Both the position numbers and the translations under genes were made by a program. This document shows positions 49,409 to 62,393 of a stretch of 64,000 nt of DNA, piece after piece. Within the stretch, counting starts at the first letter, position 1. Each line of letters begins with the position of its first letter. The notes below the pieces were generated by a model, which saw nothing but the letters and a program-made list of their open reading frames with translations, ran no database searches and was not told the DNA's origin. This DNA comes from Octopus sinensis (taxonomy: Eukaryota), in NCBI RefSeq assembly GCF_006345805.1, contig NC_042998.1, positions 195,238,001 through 195,302,000 on the forward strand, given 5' to 3'.

Positions 49409-49524
49409 CATAAGTTATGTTATAAACATAAGTTAAATATGTTATAAACATGTGACATGTAATAAATTCATCCTTAAAGATGTTATGTACTAAAGGTGTG
49501 TATTTCATTCATATTTTATTGCAG

Positions 49525-49648
49525 GGAAGCTGATATGGCAAGACTAGCAGAATTTGATGCTGAGAAGAAAAAACTGAGGAGTGAGAGATATCAACAGTAT
49601 AGGCTTGATAGGATGATTAAAGCCGAAGAGAAATTCTTAGCTGAATTG
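49525..49648 (+). CDS. MRPS26: MRPS26 exon 3
   Basis: Acceptor TTATTGCAG|G; coiled-coil EADMARLAEF...AEEKFLAEL; donor TTG|GTAATA; phase 2/0. Confidence 0.8.
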
Positions 49649-49909
49649 GTAATATTATCCTATTTTTCTTTCCTATTTATCATCATTCATTAACACCTGT
49701 TTTTCTTGTAGGAATTTGTCAGACACTCAACCTTCATTTTACCACCAGCAACAGCCCTTTGTCCTTTGGTACACATAACGCTAGAGAAAAACCAGTTGAT
49801 TTTGTTTGTGTCATTATTTTTTGTATAGTTTGGATTCCCTTTCTGTCACCATGTATCCCATAAAATTATTAACCATCCTACAAACAATGACTCTGAGCAC
49901 CTTTTCAAA

Positions 49910-50260
49910 CTCCACCTGTCTAACACCCGTGGACATGTTTACAAAGTCAGAAAACACCACAGCTCCCATGACTTTCGGAAACATTTTTTCATGCTAAGAG
50001 TTGCTGAAGCATGGAACAAACTGCCGGCATCAGTTGTTAGTTGTCGGAGCACTGCATCCTTCAAAACTTCCACGCTTCCTGAGATTTGCCAACACTACAC
50101 CTGATTTTCTCCCTTCCATACATACGCAAGCATGTATCTGACTCATACACTGTTCACTTCCCAGACATTTGTACATTACTGCATATGCTTTATATGCACT
50201 TTTGACAAGTTCTGGTGCACCTGAGCACTGTATACAATAATTTCATTATTATTATTATTA
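49910..50260 (+). mobile_element. CR1-like 3' end in MRPS26 intron 3
   Basis: Same sequence family as 24590-24935. Confidence 0.8.
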
Positions 50261-50309
50261 TTATTAATTACTATTTTAATAAGTTTCCTATTTAGTTAGT
50301 ATTATTCAG

Positions 50310-50870
50310 ATTACATTTCTATAAACATAATGTTGATAGTGTGTGTGTGTGTGTAGCGGGAGTGGATGGTTAGAGAGCATAGCTGCTAGAATAAAAATAG
50401 GTTGGGCAAAGTTCAGAGAGCTGCTTCTGTTGGTAACAAAGGGCCTCTCCCTCAGGGTAAAAGGCAGATTGTATGATACCTGTGTGTGAACAACCATGCT
50501 ACATGGCAGTGAAACATTGGCTATGACTGCCAAGGACATGCAAAGGCTTGAAAGAAATAAAGCTGGTGTGCTTTGCTAGACGTGCAGTGTAAGTGTGCAT
50601 GCACAACAGACTATAAACGTTTTGAGAGAAAAGCTGGGCATAAGATGTGGTGTGCAAGCAAGAGAGATGACTGCATTAGTATGGTCATGTGATGCGTACG
50701 GATGTAGACAGCTGTGTGAAGAAGTACCAATCTCTACCAGTGGAAGTGGGAGACCCGAGAAGGCATAGGACGAGGTGGTGAAGCATGATCTTCGAACGTT
50801 GGGCCTCATGGAGGCAATGACTAATGACTGAGACCTTTGGTGGTATGCCATGCGTGAGAAGACCGTTAAA
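50310..50870 (-). mobile_element. Degenerate RTE-like LINE 3' fragment
   Basis: On the plus strand the text reads as MLHGSETW..LRW.GHV-type RTE motifs, heavily mutated; the strand call is uncertain. Confidence 0.35.
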
Positions 50871-51317
50871 CCTAATGAAATCATAGTGGTGGCCATTGTT
50901 GGTGTCATCTAACTGGTACCCAGGCTGGTGGCACATAAAAAGCACCTTTCGAGCATTGGGCCTCACAGAAGCAATGTGACTGATGCAGGTGTCGTGTAAC
51001 TAGCACCTTTTGCCTGCTGGGCCTCACAGAGGCAACGACAAATGGAGATCTTTGACAGTATGCGGCACTTGAGAAGGAAGATCTATCAAGCCAAGTCAAA
51101 TCGTAGTCGTGGCAGATGCTGGTGTCACGCAACTGGCACACGTGCCATAAGATTCTCAACAAATTTTATATGCTTCTTTCTGGGTTCTTGCATTTTATTT
51201 CACCCCATATCTTCATATGCCATATTAATTCTGCCTTGGTTATTTTCCAATCAGACCTAAAATCATTGCAAAAATCACAATTCAAGGAAAGTAACTCTTC
51301 CGAATCTTATAGGAATA

Positions 51318-51819
51318 CCGTAAATCCTTGAGTGTAGTCCGCCCTTGAGTATAATACGCAAGGGATTTTTTTGAGCTGTATCTCTGAAAAACCTAAACCT
51401 TGTGTATAATACACACCCCTTCTCTAACTTGAGTCAAGGAGGACTATATAACGTCCTTGGTTTGTAAAAATGTATACGGTAACGCCCTTTATTATTATTG
51501 TATATATAACATAATGCAAACGTGTAGCTTTTTTGTGCATTTTGTTTGCAGAAAATAAAGAAATAACGTTTAATAAATGTTGCTTACTGCAAGTTATGGA
51601 TGATTCTTTTATGACTTCATTGCTTTCAGGCTTAGCTTAAGGTATTTCCGCGCCCGACATCACAAAATACGTCTGAATAAACATTACCGGACAGCAAATA
51701 GAGACTGGGACATTGCTTAGAAAATATTTTTCATTTTTAACCTCGTGTATAATACGCACTAGGGATTTTGACCTTTAAATTTTGGGGGGAAAATGTGGAT
51801 TATACTCGAGGATTTACGG
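51318..51819. mobile_element. Tc2/pogo-like non-autonomous element in MRPS26 intron 3
   Basis: Same TIRs, TA TSD on both sides. Confidence 0.78.
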
Positions 51820-52724
51820 TAGTTGATTAGTAGAGGTAATGGTTCTCAACCATTTCTTACCTAAGGACCCCTTAGATTCCTATTTTGTTCTGCTGGCCCC
51901 TCATGTTAAAAAAGAAATCCTATTATATTTTTATAATTAGATATTATTAGGTATTGTATAAAAAGGATTAAAAATATATTGTGTTGTAGAAGCATAACCA
52001 ACTTATTGCAGATAAACTTTAACTAAATCCATATAGACCGCCCCTGGTTGAGGACCACTGGATTAAGGTATTCGACTGTTGGCCAGTTAATGGCGAATTC
52101 AAATTCTGTCTGATAGGTTTACACTAGACCCCTTAGTTTACATTTCTTCAGTTCATCTTATTTCTTTACTGCCCACAAAGGGTTACACACTGAGGGAACA
52201 CACAAGGACAGACAAACGGATTAAGTCAATTATATCGACTCCAGTGCGTAACTGGTACTTATTTAATCGACCCCGAAAGAATGAAGGGCAAAACCGACCC
52301 CGAAAGAATGAAGGGCAAAATCGACCCCGAAAGAATGAAGGGCAAAATCGACCTTGGTGGTATTTGAACTGAGAATGTAGCGGCAGACGAAATACCTATT
52401 TCTTTACTACACACAGAGGGGACACACAAGGACAGACAAATGGATTAAGTCAATTATATCGACCCTGGTGCGTAACTGGTACTTAGTTTATGGACCCCAA
52501 AAGGATGAAAGACAAAATCGACCTTGGTGGAATTTGAACTGAGAATGTAGCGGCAGACGAAATACTGCTAAGCATTTCACCCAGCGTGCTAACGTTTCTG
52601 CCAACTCCCCGCCTTCAGTTCTTCAGTTGACCTTGTTATGACCAATTGTTTTTGAGTAGCCTGTGTTTATATCATTCAACTCTCAGAAATAAATATATAA
52701 TTATTATTTTCTTTCTTATTTCAG

Positions 52725-52886
52725 GAGAATCCATTTATCTCACTTGAAGATCTTGACAAAGAGATTGCACATGCCATAGACTCTAAAGTTAATTATAATT
52801 TTGCTATTGACAAAAAAGGAAATCTTTACAAAGAGGAGGAACCGAAGTTACTAGAAGAGGAACCGGAAAATACCAAATCTGAGTAA
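52725..52886 (+). CDS. MRPS26: MRPS26 last exon
   Basis: Acceptor TTATTTCAG|GAG; ENPFISLEDLDKEIAHAIDSKVNYNFAIDKKG matches the mS26 C-terminal FITxENL...ALDSxxNYNWAI motif. TAA at 52884-52886; total CDS 645 bp. Confidence 0.85.
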   Translation, partial: ENPFISLEDLDKEIAHAIDSKVNYNFAIDKKGNLYKEEEPKLLEEEPENTKSE

Positions 52887-52938
52887 TTCTTTAAATTTTA
52901 GTCATAAATGGAGGATATTTTTGTGTGTATCTGTAAAT

Positions 52939-52944
52939 AATAAA
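52939..52944 (+). promoter_or_regulatory. Candidate polyadenylation signal of MRPS26
   Basis: AATAAA about 50 nt after the stop codon. Confidence 0.45.
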
Positions 52945-53102
52945 GCAAATTTTAGTTCTTTTGGAACTGGAGTTGTAATATTTCAACAATTTCTCTCAGA
53001 ATCTATGAAAGTCATCTTGGTTTCAAAAAATGTTTTGGAAAAAGCGCAAATTTGTTGGTTTACACAACCTCTGTTAATTAAAATATGGATATATATATAT
53101 AT

Positions 53103-53395
53103 AATATTTTATAATTATGAGTATAATTATAATTAGGGTTCAGCAAAGATTTGTTTTACCACATACCGAAGTTTAGAAATAGCAGCCAAAGAATCTTAGC
53201 TATTTCTTCTACTATAAGAAGAGACTCACGAACAAAACGTGGGTTGTTTCGAGTATTTTTGTTTTATTCGGGTGTCTCTTCTTATATTAGAAGAAATAGC
53301 TAAGATTCTTTGGCTGCTATTTCTAAACTTCGGTATGTGGTAAAGCAAATCTTGCTGAACCCTAATTATAATTATACTCGTAATTATAAAATATT
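53103..53395. repeat. Long inverted repeat downstream of MRPS26 (related, shorter copy at about 36840-36955)
   Basis: About 135-bp arms with a short spacer, embedded in TA-rich flanks. Confidence 0.8.
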
Positions 53396-55875
53396 GTTTA
53401 AGTTTACCGAAAAATGGTCCTTTTTCATGCCGAATTCTACTTGGTGGAATTATTAATTACTAGTTAATTAATGTTACCCTTTATTATATATATATATATA
53501 TATCGTATTTCAGTCATTGGACTTACAGCCATGTTTGGGCACTGCCTGTAAATATTTAGTTGAGCAAATCAACCCCAATACTTTTTTTTTTTTAAGCTGA
53601 TAATTATTCCATTGGTCTCTCTTTTTTTCTGTCAAACTGCTAAGTTATTAAGATGTAAACACACCAAATGTCAAGTGATGGTGGGGAACAAATGCAGATA
53701 CAAGGGCACACACACACAGATCATCATCAGTCACCTTGACAAACTTCTTTCAGTTTCTGTCTGCTAAATCCACTTACAAGCCTTTGGTTGGCCCGGTGCC
53801 AGAGTAGGAGACACTTGCCCAAGGTTTGATGCAATGGGACTGAACCCAGAACCTTATGTTTTGGAAGCAAACTGCTTACCAGTGCTTGTGCCTACCGGCA
53901 CAGGGGCCAGAGGAGGCTGGCAAACCAACCGATCGTGGCTGTTTTCCAGCCTCCTCTGGCTCCTGTGCCGGTGGCACATAAAAATCACCGAGTGGTTGGC
54001 GTTAGGAAGAGCATCTAGCTGTAAAAACACTGCCAGATCAGACTGGGCCTGGTGCAGCCTCCTGGCTTCCTAGACCCCGGTTGAACCGTCCAACCCATGC
54101 TAGCATGGAAAACAGACGTTAAATGATGATGATGATATATAAAAAGAATGAATTTTAAAAAGTTTGACACTTCATTATCATATGTATATGTGTGTGTATA
54201 TGTAAAAATTCATTTGATTTATGTCTGTTTTCCAAGGTAGAGCATAAGCTAGACCATTCAGGAGGCAACTGGTGGTTAACAGACCTTTCTGAATGGCAAG
54301 CCTTATGGAATAAAAAATTACTGTGAACTCTTTTGTAGTGTGGCTTGTCTCATCATCATTGTTTGACCGTGGTCGAGACAATGGAATTCACTATGCCATG
54401 CCAGACTTCACGGTCCATCATAGCACCACGGAGGTCCTGTTGCTGGATGCCTGTATCCCTGGAGATTACATCATGGTAGGAGAGTGTGTGCCCTCTGGTA
54501 TCATGAGCAGATGGCTTCCAGAGGAGAAGAGTAGAAATTACCTCGTTTTCAGCTCTACAATTGGTCATGTCTCATGTAGCCCACTTCTTGATAAAGACTA
54601 CCTATGTCTGGATTTGATGAATATATATACTAAGGCCTTATTTTAGTTGAATGCCCCTTTTGTTACTAACACATACCTCTTTGTCAAATAAGGGATGTTT
54701 TTATTCGACTTGTTTTTGAAAGTATGGTATTACAGGATGATTTAGAAGGGAATGTCAACAAACACCACTGTTATGTTTTTGCTCGCTGCTTTCACTGTGT
54801 AAGAATGTATACTTTGTTTAGCTGATGGGGCCGAGACACTAGTAATGAAGTGAAGTCCATATTCATTCATCCATTCATGGATGTGTATGACCACTTTTCC
54901 ATCCTTGTATGTTTTAAATGAAATTCATTGGGGCAGGATGCTTTTTTTTGCCAACCAATTCATTCTTGTTTCAAAGCAAAGTAATATTTTCTCTGGTCCT
55001 TTGGAATGGCTGGACACATTTCTCTGGACGATTGCAACAGAACAACACATATGTGTAAATACAAAAACACACGGCTTCTTTCAATTTCTATTAAATCCAC
55101 TTTCAAGGTTTTGGTTGGCCTGAGAAGACACTTACATAATAGAACTGCACTTGGTACCACAAGCTTATGAAGTGAAATAATTAATTACACATTGCCATGC
55201 CTGTGCATATTTTATACATATAGCACCATACTAGCGCAAAGAGCACCATACGAGCGTGATCATTGACAGAGCGGCTAACCAGCTTCCGTGCCAGTGGCAC
55301 TTAAAGGGCACCATTCGAATGTGATTGTTACCAGCGTCGCCTTACTGGTACTTGTGCCCGTGCTAATAGGGTGCCAAGAGCACCATCCGAGCATGATCGT
55401 TGCCAGAGCAGCCAACTGGCTTCTGTGCCAGTGGCACATAAAAGGGCACCATTCAAGTGTGATTGTTACCAACGTCGCCTTACTTGCACCTGTGCTGGTG
55501 GCATGTGTAAAAAGATTTGAGCAAGGTCATTGCAAGTACCGCCTGACTGGCCCCTGTGCCAGTGGCACGTAAAAAGCACCCATTACACTCTCGGAGTGGT
55601 TGGCATTAGGAAGGGCATCCAGCTGTAGAAACTCTGCCAAGTCAAGATTAGAGCCTGGTGCAGCCATCTGGTTCACCAGCCCTCAGTCAAAATCGTCCAA
55701 TCCATGCTAGCATGGAAAGCGGGCGTTAAATGATGTTAATATCAAACTTTAGCAATACATTTCAAAAACAAAAGAAAACAATTTAGCAAAGTTTTTCTAA
55801 GTGGTTTTATTATAAAAATGAAAATGATTTTGAATTGATTTATAATATAGCTTTCACATCTACTAAACAAATGTC

Positions 55876-56206
55876 TCAGGTATTTACACTGACATCATCA
55901 TTACTTAATACATCGTTAATGCTTGTATTTAATTTATCATTGGTAAGCTTATCTTTACTAGTTGTACTTATATCATCATTAGTACTTACATCTTCAGAAG
56001 GTTGTTTGATTATCTCACACTTGCTGTTACTGAACTTCGCAAGTACCTTATCTAATCTGTTTATAAATGTGTCCACATCAGTTTTTGTCATACCAATACC
56101 TGCAGCTGCGGTCAGGTAACTGCATGGGTAGTTATTGTAATGGGCTCCAAAATTCACGAAGCTTTGTTTGCATATTTCCTTTGTCCCGGAATCTTTAGCA
56201 ATTACT
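55876..56206 (-). CDS. SEPSECS: SEPSECS last exon
   Basis: Acceptor GGTAG|A (phase 2). VIAKDSG...FGAHYNNYPCSYLTAAAGIGMTKTDVDTFINRLDKVL, followed by an acidic tail and a stop. AATAAA on the minus strand at about 55806-55811. Confidence 0.92.
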
Positions 56207-56944
56207 CTACCAATGAAAGATGGAAAGAAATACGATTTTACAATACATTTTATATATTTATAGACGTTACAAGCACTTATTTTGATAGGAAAGAGAAACA
56301 AATCCAGTCATAGCTACTTAAGCTGTTACTTTTTATAATGTCTAAAAATATCATTTTACAGTGAAAATCTGAGCTGCAATTTATTCATAATATACTGTTG
56401 TTTAAGGTACATTACCAGTTTTATATGGAGGAGGAGTGCAGTTATTCATTACTGATAGCTTATCTGCTGAATGTAGAGGAATGATTGGCAGAGTTGACCC
56501 TTGCATTAAAAGTGCTTGACATTGTCCAGAGCTTGAATCTTACCGCAAGCATTTTGTGCTTTTGGAAAGACGAAACCTGTGCTCCAGCTGGGCCTGGCTA
56601 ACAAAAGCCAGATGTTACTCCTCCTAACTCATTGTTGAGTTTTGTTCTTACTCCTCTGCACTCTTACTTTTTCTTCATTTTTGTACCTGTTTATAAAGAA
56701 TGATGATTCAGCTGTGAATTAGGGATAAAGCAGTTTATTGTTGTATGAGACATTTATGATTGGCCTGACCTTCAAAAAGTAGCTCCATCTCATACAAATG
56801 CTTTACACAGTGAACTGCATATATTTTATGCCACAGGCATTAGAGAAGTTATCACATTGCAAGCATAATGAAAGATAACCTGCTCTGTATCAATTCTTAT
56901 TCAGAATTATTACCCTCTGAGATGTCTCGTCTTGTCTTGAGACA

Positions 56945-57200
56945 GCATTCACCCGGGGTGGGTTGAGCCGGCTTCATTCATCCTCAATGCTGCATCTCTA
57001 ACAAACGCCGACCAGACCTGGCGATTTGAGGCTAACGACCGCGTGATCTCCAACCACTCCTTATTCCAGCAATGAACGCCGTAGATATGGGGGCCTAGGT
57101 TGGGTTCCAGATCAGCCTTGACTGTCATCAGCCAGGTTTTTCTTTGTCCACCACATCGCTTTTGCCAACCCTGAAGGGGAGCTAGGGCAATTGCTTTGTA
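56945..57200 (-). mobile_element. RTE-related LINE 3' fragment
   Basis: Homologous to 14480-14780; tail (CAAGA)n. Confidence 0.65.
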
Positions 57201-57764
57201 GATGATAGCTAGCAATATGATTTACAGAGTTCACGTTTCACCCTTATGTTCCATGTTTTGGTGTGCACATCATCATCATCATCATCATCATCATCGTTTA
57301 ACGTCCGTTTTCCGCGCTAGCACGGGTTGGACGGTTCGACCAGGGTCTGGGAAGCCAGGGGCTGCTCCAGGCTCCAGTCTGATCTGGCAGAGTTTCTACG
57401 GCTGGATGCCCTTCCTAACGCCAACCACTCCGCGAGTGTAGTGGGTGCTTTTTACGTGCCACCTGCACAGGTGCCAGGGGGGGTCACGATCAGTTGGAGC
57501 TTTTAACGTGCCAGCGGCACGGAAGCCAGCTAAGGCGGTGCTGGCAACGTTCGGATGGTCTTTTTATGTGCCACCGGCACAGGAGCCAGTTGGGGCGGCG
57601 CTGGCGGCCACGTTCGGATGGTGCTTTTTATGTGCCACCGGCACAGAAGCTAGTTGGGGCGGCGCTGGCATCGGCCACGTTCGGATAGTGCTTTTTATGT
57701 GCCACCGGCACAGGCATCACAACTACTATTTCCATTGCACATGTGTAGTATAAAGCTAACATAC

Positions 57765-57846
57765 CTTGTTCCTGAGACAAATCGTTTGAACAGCATAGAT
57801 CCAATTTCAGTTACATTAACACTCTCTTCATATCTGAGGGTCATTG
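57765..57846 (-). CDS. SEPSECS: SEPSECS penultimate exon (not in the ORF track)
   Basis: Hand translation AMTLRYEESVNVTEIGSMLFKRFVSGTR compares to human AMTL...VTQLGSMLFTRQVSGAR. Acceptor CCATAG|CA, donor AG|GTATGT; phase 1/2. Confidence 0.92.
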
Positions 57847-58694
57847 CTATGGAAATAGAAACAGACAGACATTATGATCAATGACACAAGAAGCTCACTG
57901 CTGTCTAAAGCAAAGCAGATATGCGAACAAAACTCAAGTTCCTATTATATGTTTTTCATACAGGTATTGTGTAAGGTCTATAACTCTATTTACTAAGGTC
58001 CAGCTAGTTAATTAACAGAAGAATCGCTCAGTTATGCCTCTTGTTTCAATCTCGTTAACACCTGTCTTGGTTGAAATAGATGCACTTTCTGTAACATCAT
58101 CATCATCGTTTAACGTCTGCTTTCCATGCTAGCATGGGTTGGACGGTTTGACTGAGGGCTGGCGAACCAGATGGCTGCACCAAGCACCAACCTTGATTTG
58201 GCAGAGTTTCTACAGCTGGATGCCCTTCCTAACGCCAACCACTCCGAGAGTGTAGTGGGTGCTTTTACGTGCCACCGGCACGGGGGCCAGTCGGGTGGCA
58301 CTGGCAACGACCTCGCTCAAATCTTTTTACACAACATATACTGCAAAAATCAATAGGGTAACATAATTCTTCAAATTGGTCACAGCTGGAATAATGGTCA
58401 GTGATAGAAAATTGGACACTAATCAGACACATATGGCCTTCATCAAGATGGAGGGCTTGACTGTCTAAAGTGCTGGTTCTTTAACCTCTATGTTATATAT
58501 TTCTATTCCAATTTTTAAAGTAATGAAGTGTTTTAGAAGGTGACATAATGTCTGCTTGAGCAGAGACGGACAAAGTGAACAAAACTAAATAAGAACAAAA
58601 ACAAAGTTACTAACAAACAACCACAACAGTTTGATGCGACAAGAGGATCCCCTACATGGACACTTAGTTTGCTAGACATAACTGCAAAATGTTC

Positions 58695-59099
58695 GGATCT
58701 ATTCGGTTTGAACGGCAGTTTTTTCTAGCGGTGTCATATGAAATTGTCACCCATAATTATGACCCTAGAATCAATCTATTGCATTTCAATCTCTTTCAGG
58801 GTTGGGGGAAGGGTATCTTTTTTTCTTCACAAATGTAAATAAACCCAATCTGTTTCTTAAACGAGGGACATATTCATACAGTACAGAATGCTTTTTAACT
58901 CAATAGACGTTACTGATTGGTTGAAATTGCAGAAATTGAAGAAAAAAAACAACAAATATCTTACAAACTATAGAATTTTCTCAATAAAGCCAAGAGAAAA
59001 AGATGTTTTATAAACACATTCTACCAGTATGGGAAGTTTAAAATTTTTTAGTTACGTGGAAATTATTTTAAAAAACTGCCAGTCAACCCGAAAAGATCC
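58695..59099. mobile_element. Merlin-like MITE copy in a SEPSECS intron
   Basis: TIRs; 8-bp TSD AAATGTTC. Confidence 0.8.
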
Positions 59100-59271
59100 A
59101 AATGTTCTGCTACCACATTAAAAAAAGAAAAATAGAAGAACAGATTGAATAATATAGTGGTAGGTAAATTAGATGGGATAATTATTCCTGAAATACCTTT
59201 TTATGATGGGTCTTCTCAATAAGGGTTAAATAATAAGTTAATGAGATTGTTATTAGAAAACTGTAACTTAC

Positions 59272-59457
59272 CCATTGAGATTTGATTATTGTTGATGGTC
59301 AGTAATTCTTGACCATGTTTCTCGGCACATGATGACAGGGCATTCTTCAAATATTTAAACATTTCTTTTCTGTCTTTCAAAAGTTTCATGTAACCAGTCG
59401 AACCAAGAGACAAGAGTGTGATGAAGAGGTCAATAGTTGGAGTCGAAGAGGCTCTGC
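59272..59457 (-). CDS. SEPSECS: SEPSECS internal exon
   Basis: GRASSTPTIDLFITLLSLGSTGYMKLLKDRKEMFKYL... Acceptor CTCAAG|GC, donor GG|GTAAGT; phase 1/1. Confidence 0.93.
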
Positions 59458-59502
59458 CTTGAGAAGTTATAAAACAACAAATTATATATATATATATAAA
59501 TA

Positions 59503-59706
59503 TATCTATAAAATAATATGTTACATTATTCAGTAGTCAAGATAAAACTCTGAGTTTCAGATGCCGAAGTGGAAAACCACAACACCATCTCTTCGGTTAT
59601 CTGGCCAGATAACCGAAGAGATGGTGTTGTGGATTTCCACTTCGGCATCTGAAACTCAGAGTTTTATCTTGACTATTGAGTAATGTAACATATTATTTTA
59701 TAGATA
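59503..59706. repeat. Spacerless 204-bp palindrome in a SEPSECS intron (family sibling at about 37100-37400)
   Basis: 102-bp arms centred on CTGG|CCAG, with 3 mismatches counted by eye. Confidence 0.88.
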
Positions 59707-60520
59707 AATTTCCTCTATTTACATAATATTGAGGTCTCTTTCTTTCTTTTGTTATCTTACCGTTTTTACCAATATATATATATATATATAGATAAAACTT
59801 ACTTGGAAGTGGATGCGTGGCGTTTGATCATATAATAGCAAAATGATATATAAAACATATGCATATATACTTACATATATGTACATACCTACATCTATAT
59901 GTATATATACATGCATATATGGGTACAGGACACCAAAAAAACGTCGAACACAATGCGAAACAAAAACATGGAAACGGACTTTTTTCAAACAACGAAAAAA
60001 CAGAGTACAAGACGTACAACACAAGGAATATTCCCCTTCTTCAGTTGCCCCCGTTTTGGCTACTCCGCGTTTCGAAGGTAAGGGCAAGACGCGACTTCGT
60101 TGAAACAGTCCTTCCCGCAAAGCAAATTAAATAAAATTTGGGATTTTTTGCGGAGGGGTAAAAGTCATAACAAGAACAGGACAGTAAAAACAATACAAAT
60201 AAAAACAGTAAAAGACAGGACACACACACACTCACATAAAGGGACCTAATGACCACAGCATTCAGATATTGGCTGAATTGAAATGCTGGTGGTCAAACTT
60301 CATTATGACCATTGTATTGTGTACCTCGGAAGGGCACATCACAGTACTTTTTTTGCTGGGTTCTGCTCATAATTGTGATCAAGTAGGTACCAGTTGTAGG
60401 ACAGATATCATGAAAGGAGCTTCTATATAGTCACTTGTCTTGCTAATAATAGGAACCAAGTCTTTCTCAAATCCAATCTTACTCTTGGATAATAAGGCCC
60501 TGGATTCCCCAAACCTGTAG

Positions 60521-60932
60521 GGATCTTTTCGGTTTGAACGGCAGTTTTTAACATAATTTCTAGGAAACTAAAAAATTTTAAACTTCGTATACTGGTAGAA
60601 TGTGTTTATAAAACATCTTTTTCTCTTGGCTTTATTGAGAAAATTCTATGGTTTGTAAGATATTTGTTGTTTTTTTTTCTTCAATTTCTGCAATTTCAAC
60701 CAATCACTGACGTCTATTGAGGTAAATAACATTCTGTTCTGTATGAATATGTCCCTCGTTAAAGAAACAGATTGGGTTTATTTACATTTGTGAAGAAAAA
60801 AAGATACTCTTCCCTCCACCTCTAACCCTATAACAGATTGAAATGCAATAGATCGATACTAGGGTCATAATTATGGGTGACAATTTCATATGACACCGCT
60901 AGAAAAAACTGCCATTCAAACCGAAAAGATCC
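60521..60932. mobile_element. Merlin-like MITE copy in a SEPSECS intron
   Basis: TIRs; 8-bp TSD ACCTGTAG. Confidence 0.8.
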
Positions 60933-62263
60933 ACCTGTAGCAGATGAGATGATGATAATGGCTGGAATGCCTTTGATCATAGATCTTCTACAATCAATGC
61001 TAACTAGGGGTTGGAAAATAACACCACCACCACCATCATTAACAGCAACAACATGTAGCATTTCCTATATAAAACTGGAGATAATCAAAATGGTTAACAT
61101 ACAGGACTTGATGACACCATGTAAATAGTGAAGAGTTCCAGCTATGCTACTGACTCCTATTGCCCAGTTTAATATGGCTTTATGGCCCTTGGGTCCTGTT
61201 AGAAAAATTCAGACCAAATCTTTTGCCTAGAGTAGCTTACCCAAGACATTGTATGAAGATAGAGTTTGACTAGCCTAAATATATTATATGAAGTGTCTAT
61301 GCCATCAGTGATGTCCTCCATGAGAGCTCAAACACTGATCTAAAGACAGACAAAAAATATCTATGGCATTCATTTGGAATTGTGGATGATTTTGTAGCAT
61401 GTACCAATAATTTTCTAATTGTTTTAGGTGCCCATATAGTTGTGAGCAGTCATAACCACTGACTCAGCTCCTCCCCTACTTTTGACTCAGAGGAACATCC
61501 AGGACACAGCAGCTGGAGGGAGAGAGTTAAAGTAGCATTGGTATTCATCATCATCATCATCGTTTAACGTCTGTTTTCCATGCTAGCATGGGTTGGACGG
61601 TTCGACCGAGGTCTTGGAAGCCAGGAGGCTGCACCAGGCCCAGTCTGATCCGGCAGTGTTTCTACAGCTAGATGCCTTACCTAACGCCAATCACTCCGTG
61701 AGTGTAGTGGGTGCTTTTTACGTGCCACCGGCACAGGTGCCAGGTGGGGCTGGCAATGGCCACAGTCAGTTGGTGCCTTTTACGTGCCACCGGCACGGAG
61801 GCCAGTCGAGGTAGCGCTGGCAACGGCCATGTTCGGATGGTTCTTTTACATGCCATTGGCACTGGTATCACAACTACAATTTCCATTGATTTTTGATCGA
61901 TTTCAGGTCTTTGCAAGCAGAGTTTTGTGTCCCAAGAAGGAAAGGTATGCATAAGTGGACTAGCTACATCCCAGGTATTTATTTCAACAGTGTAGTCTGG
62001 AACCACATGAAATGAAAAGCCTTGCTCAAGGACACAATGGACTGCCTGGTCTAGCAATCTAATATACAATCTTATGATCCAACACCGTAGCCATTGGAAT
62101 ATGTGCATTCACAGACACACACTCACTTAAAAGGCATGGTTTGTTATTGCCATTCTGCTGAGACATCACCACTTTTACCAAAAACACACTTCCTAATAAG
62201 CCTGTATATAAGTCTTTCTATTAGAGTTATTTTCCTTAGTTGAAATCCAAATCAAAAACTTAC

Positions 62264-62393
62264 CTGGATACATCTTGCCAATTTCATCAATGAAATTTTT
62301 GTCAAAGCCAGCAATGATTGAACCTCCAACAGGGACCATGAAGTTTTTATCAGTGCTCTGGACAAAGGCATCAATTCTGCCAACACGTGCAGC
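62264..62393 (-). CDS. SEPSECS: SepSecS (O-phosphoseryl-tRNA(Sec) selenium transferase), internal exon with the PLP-binding Lys
   Basis: [44 protein letters not shown] is near-identical to human [30 protein letters not shown]. Acceptor CCAG|GCT, donor CAG|GTAAGT (phase 1). Confidence 0.95.

Noticed and set aside
49711-49800. Extra MRPS26 exon after TTGTAG at about 49710
   Set aside because: The reading frame hits a stop with no convincing donor, and exon 3 joins exon 4 in phase, giving an alignable protein without it.
60040-60130. Hammerhead in the repeat containing CUGAAGA and GAAACGCG (minus strand)
   Set aside because: The motifs are in the wrong order and spacing for a hammerhead core.
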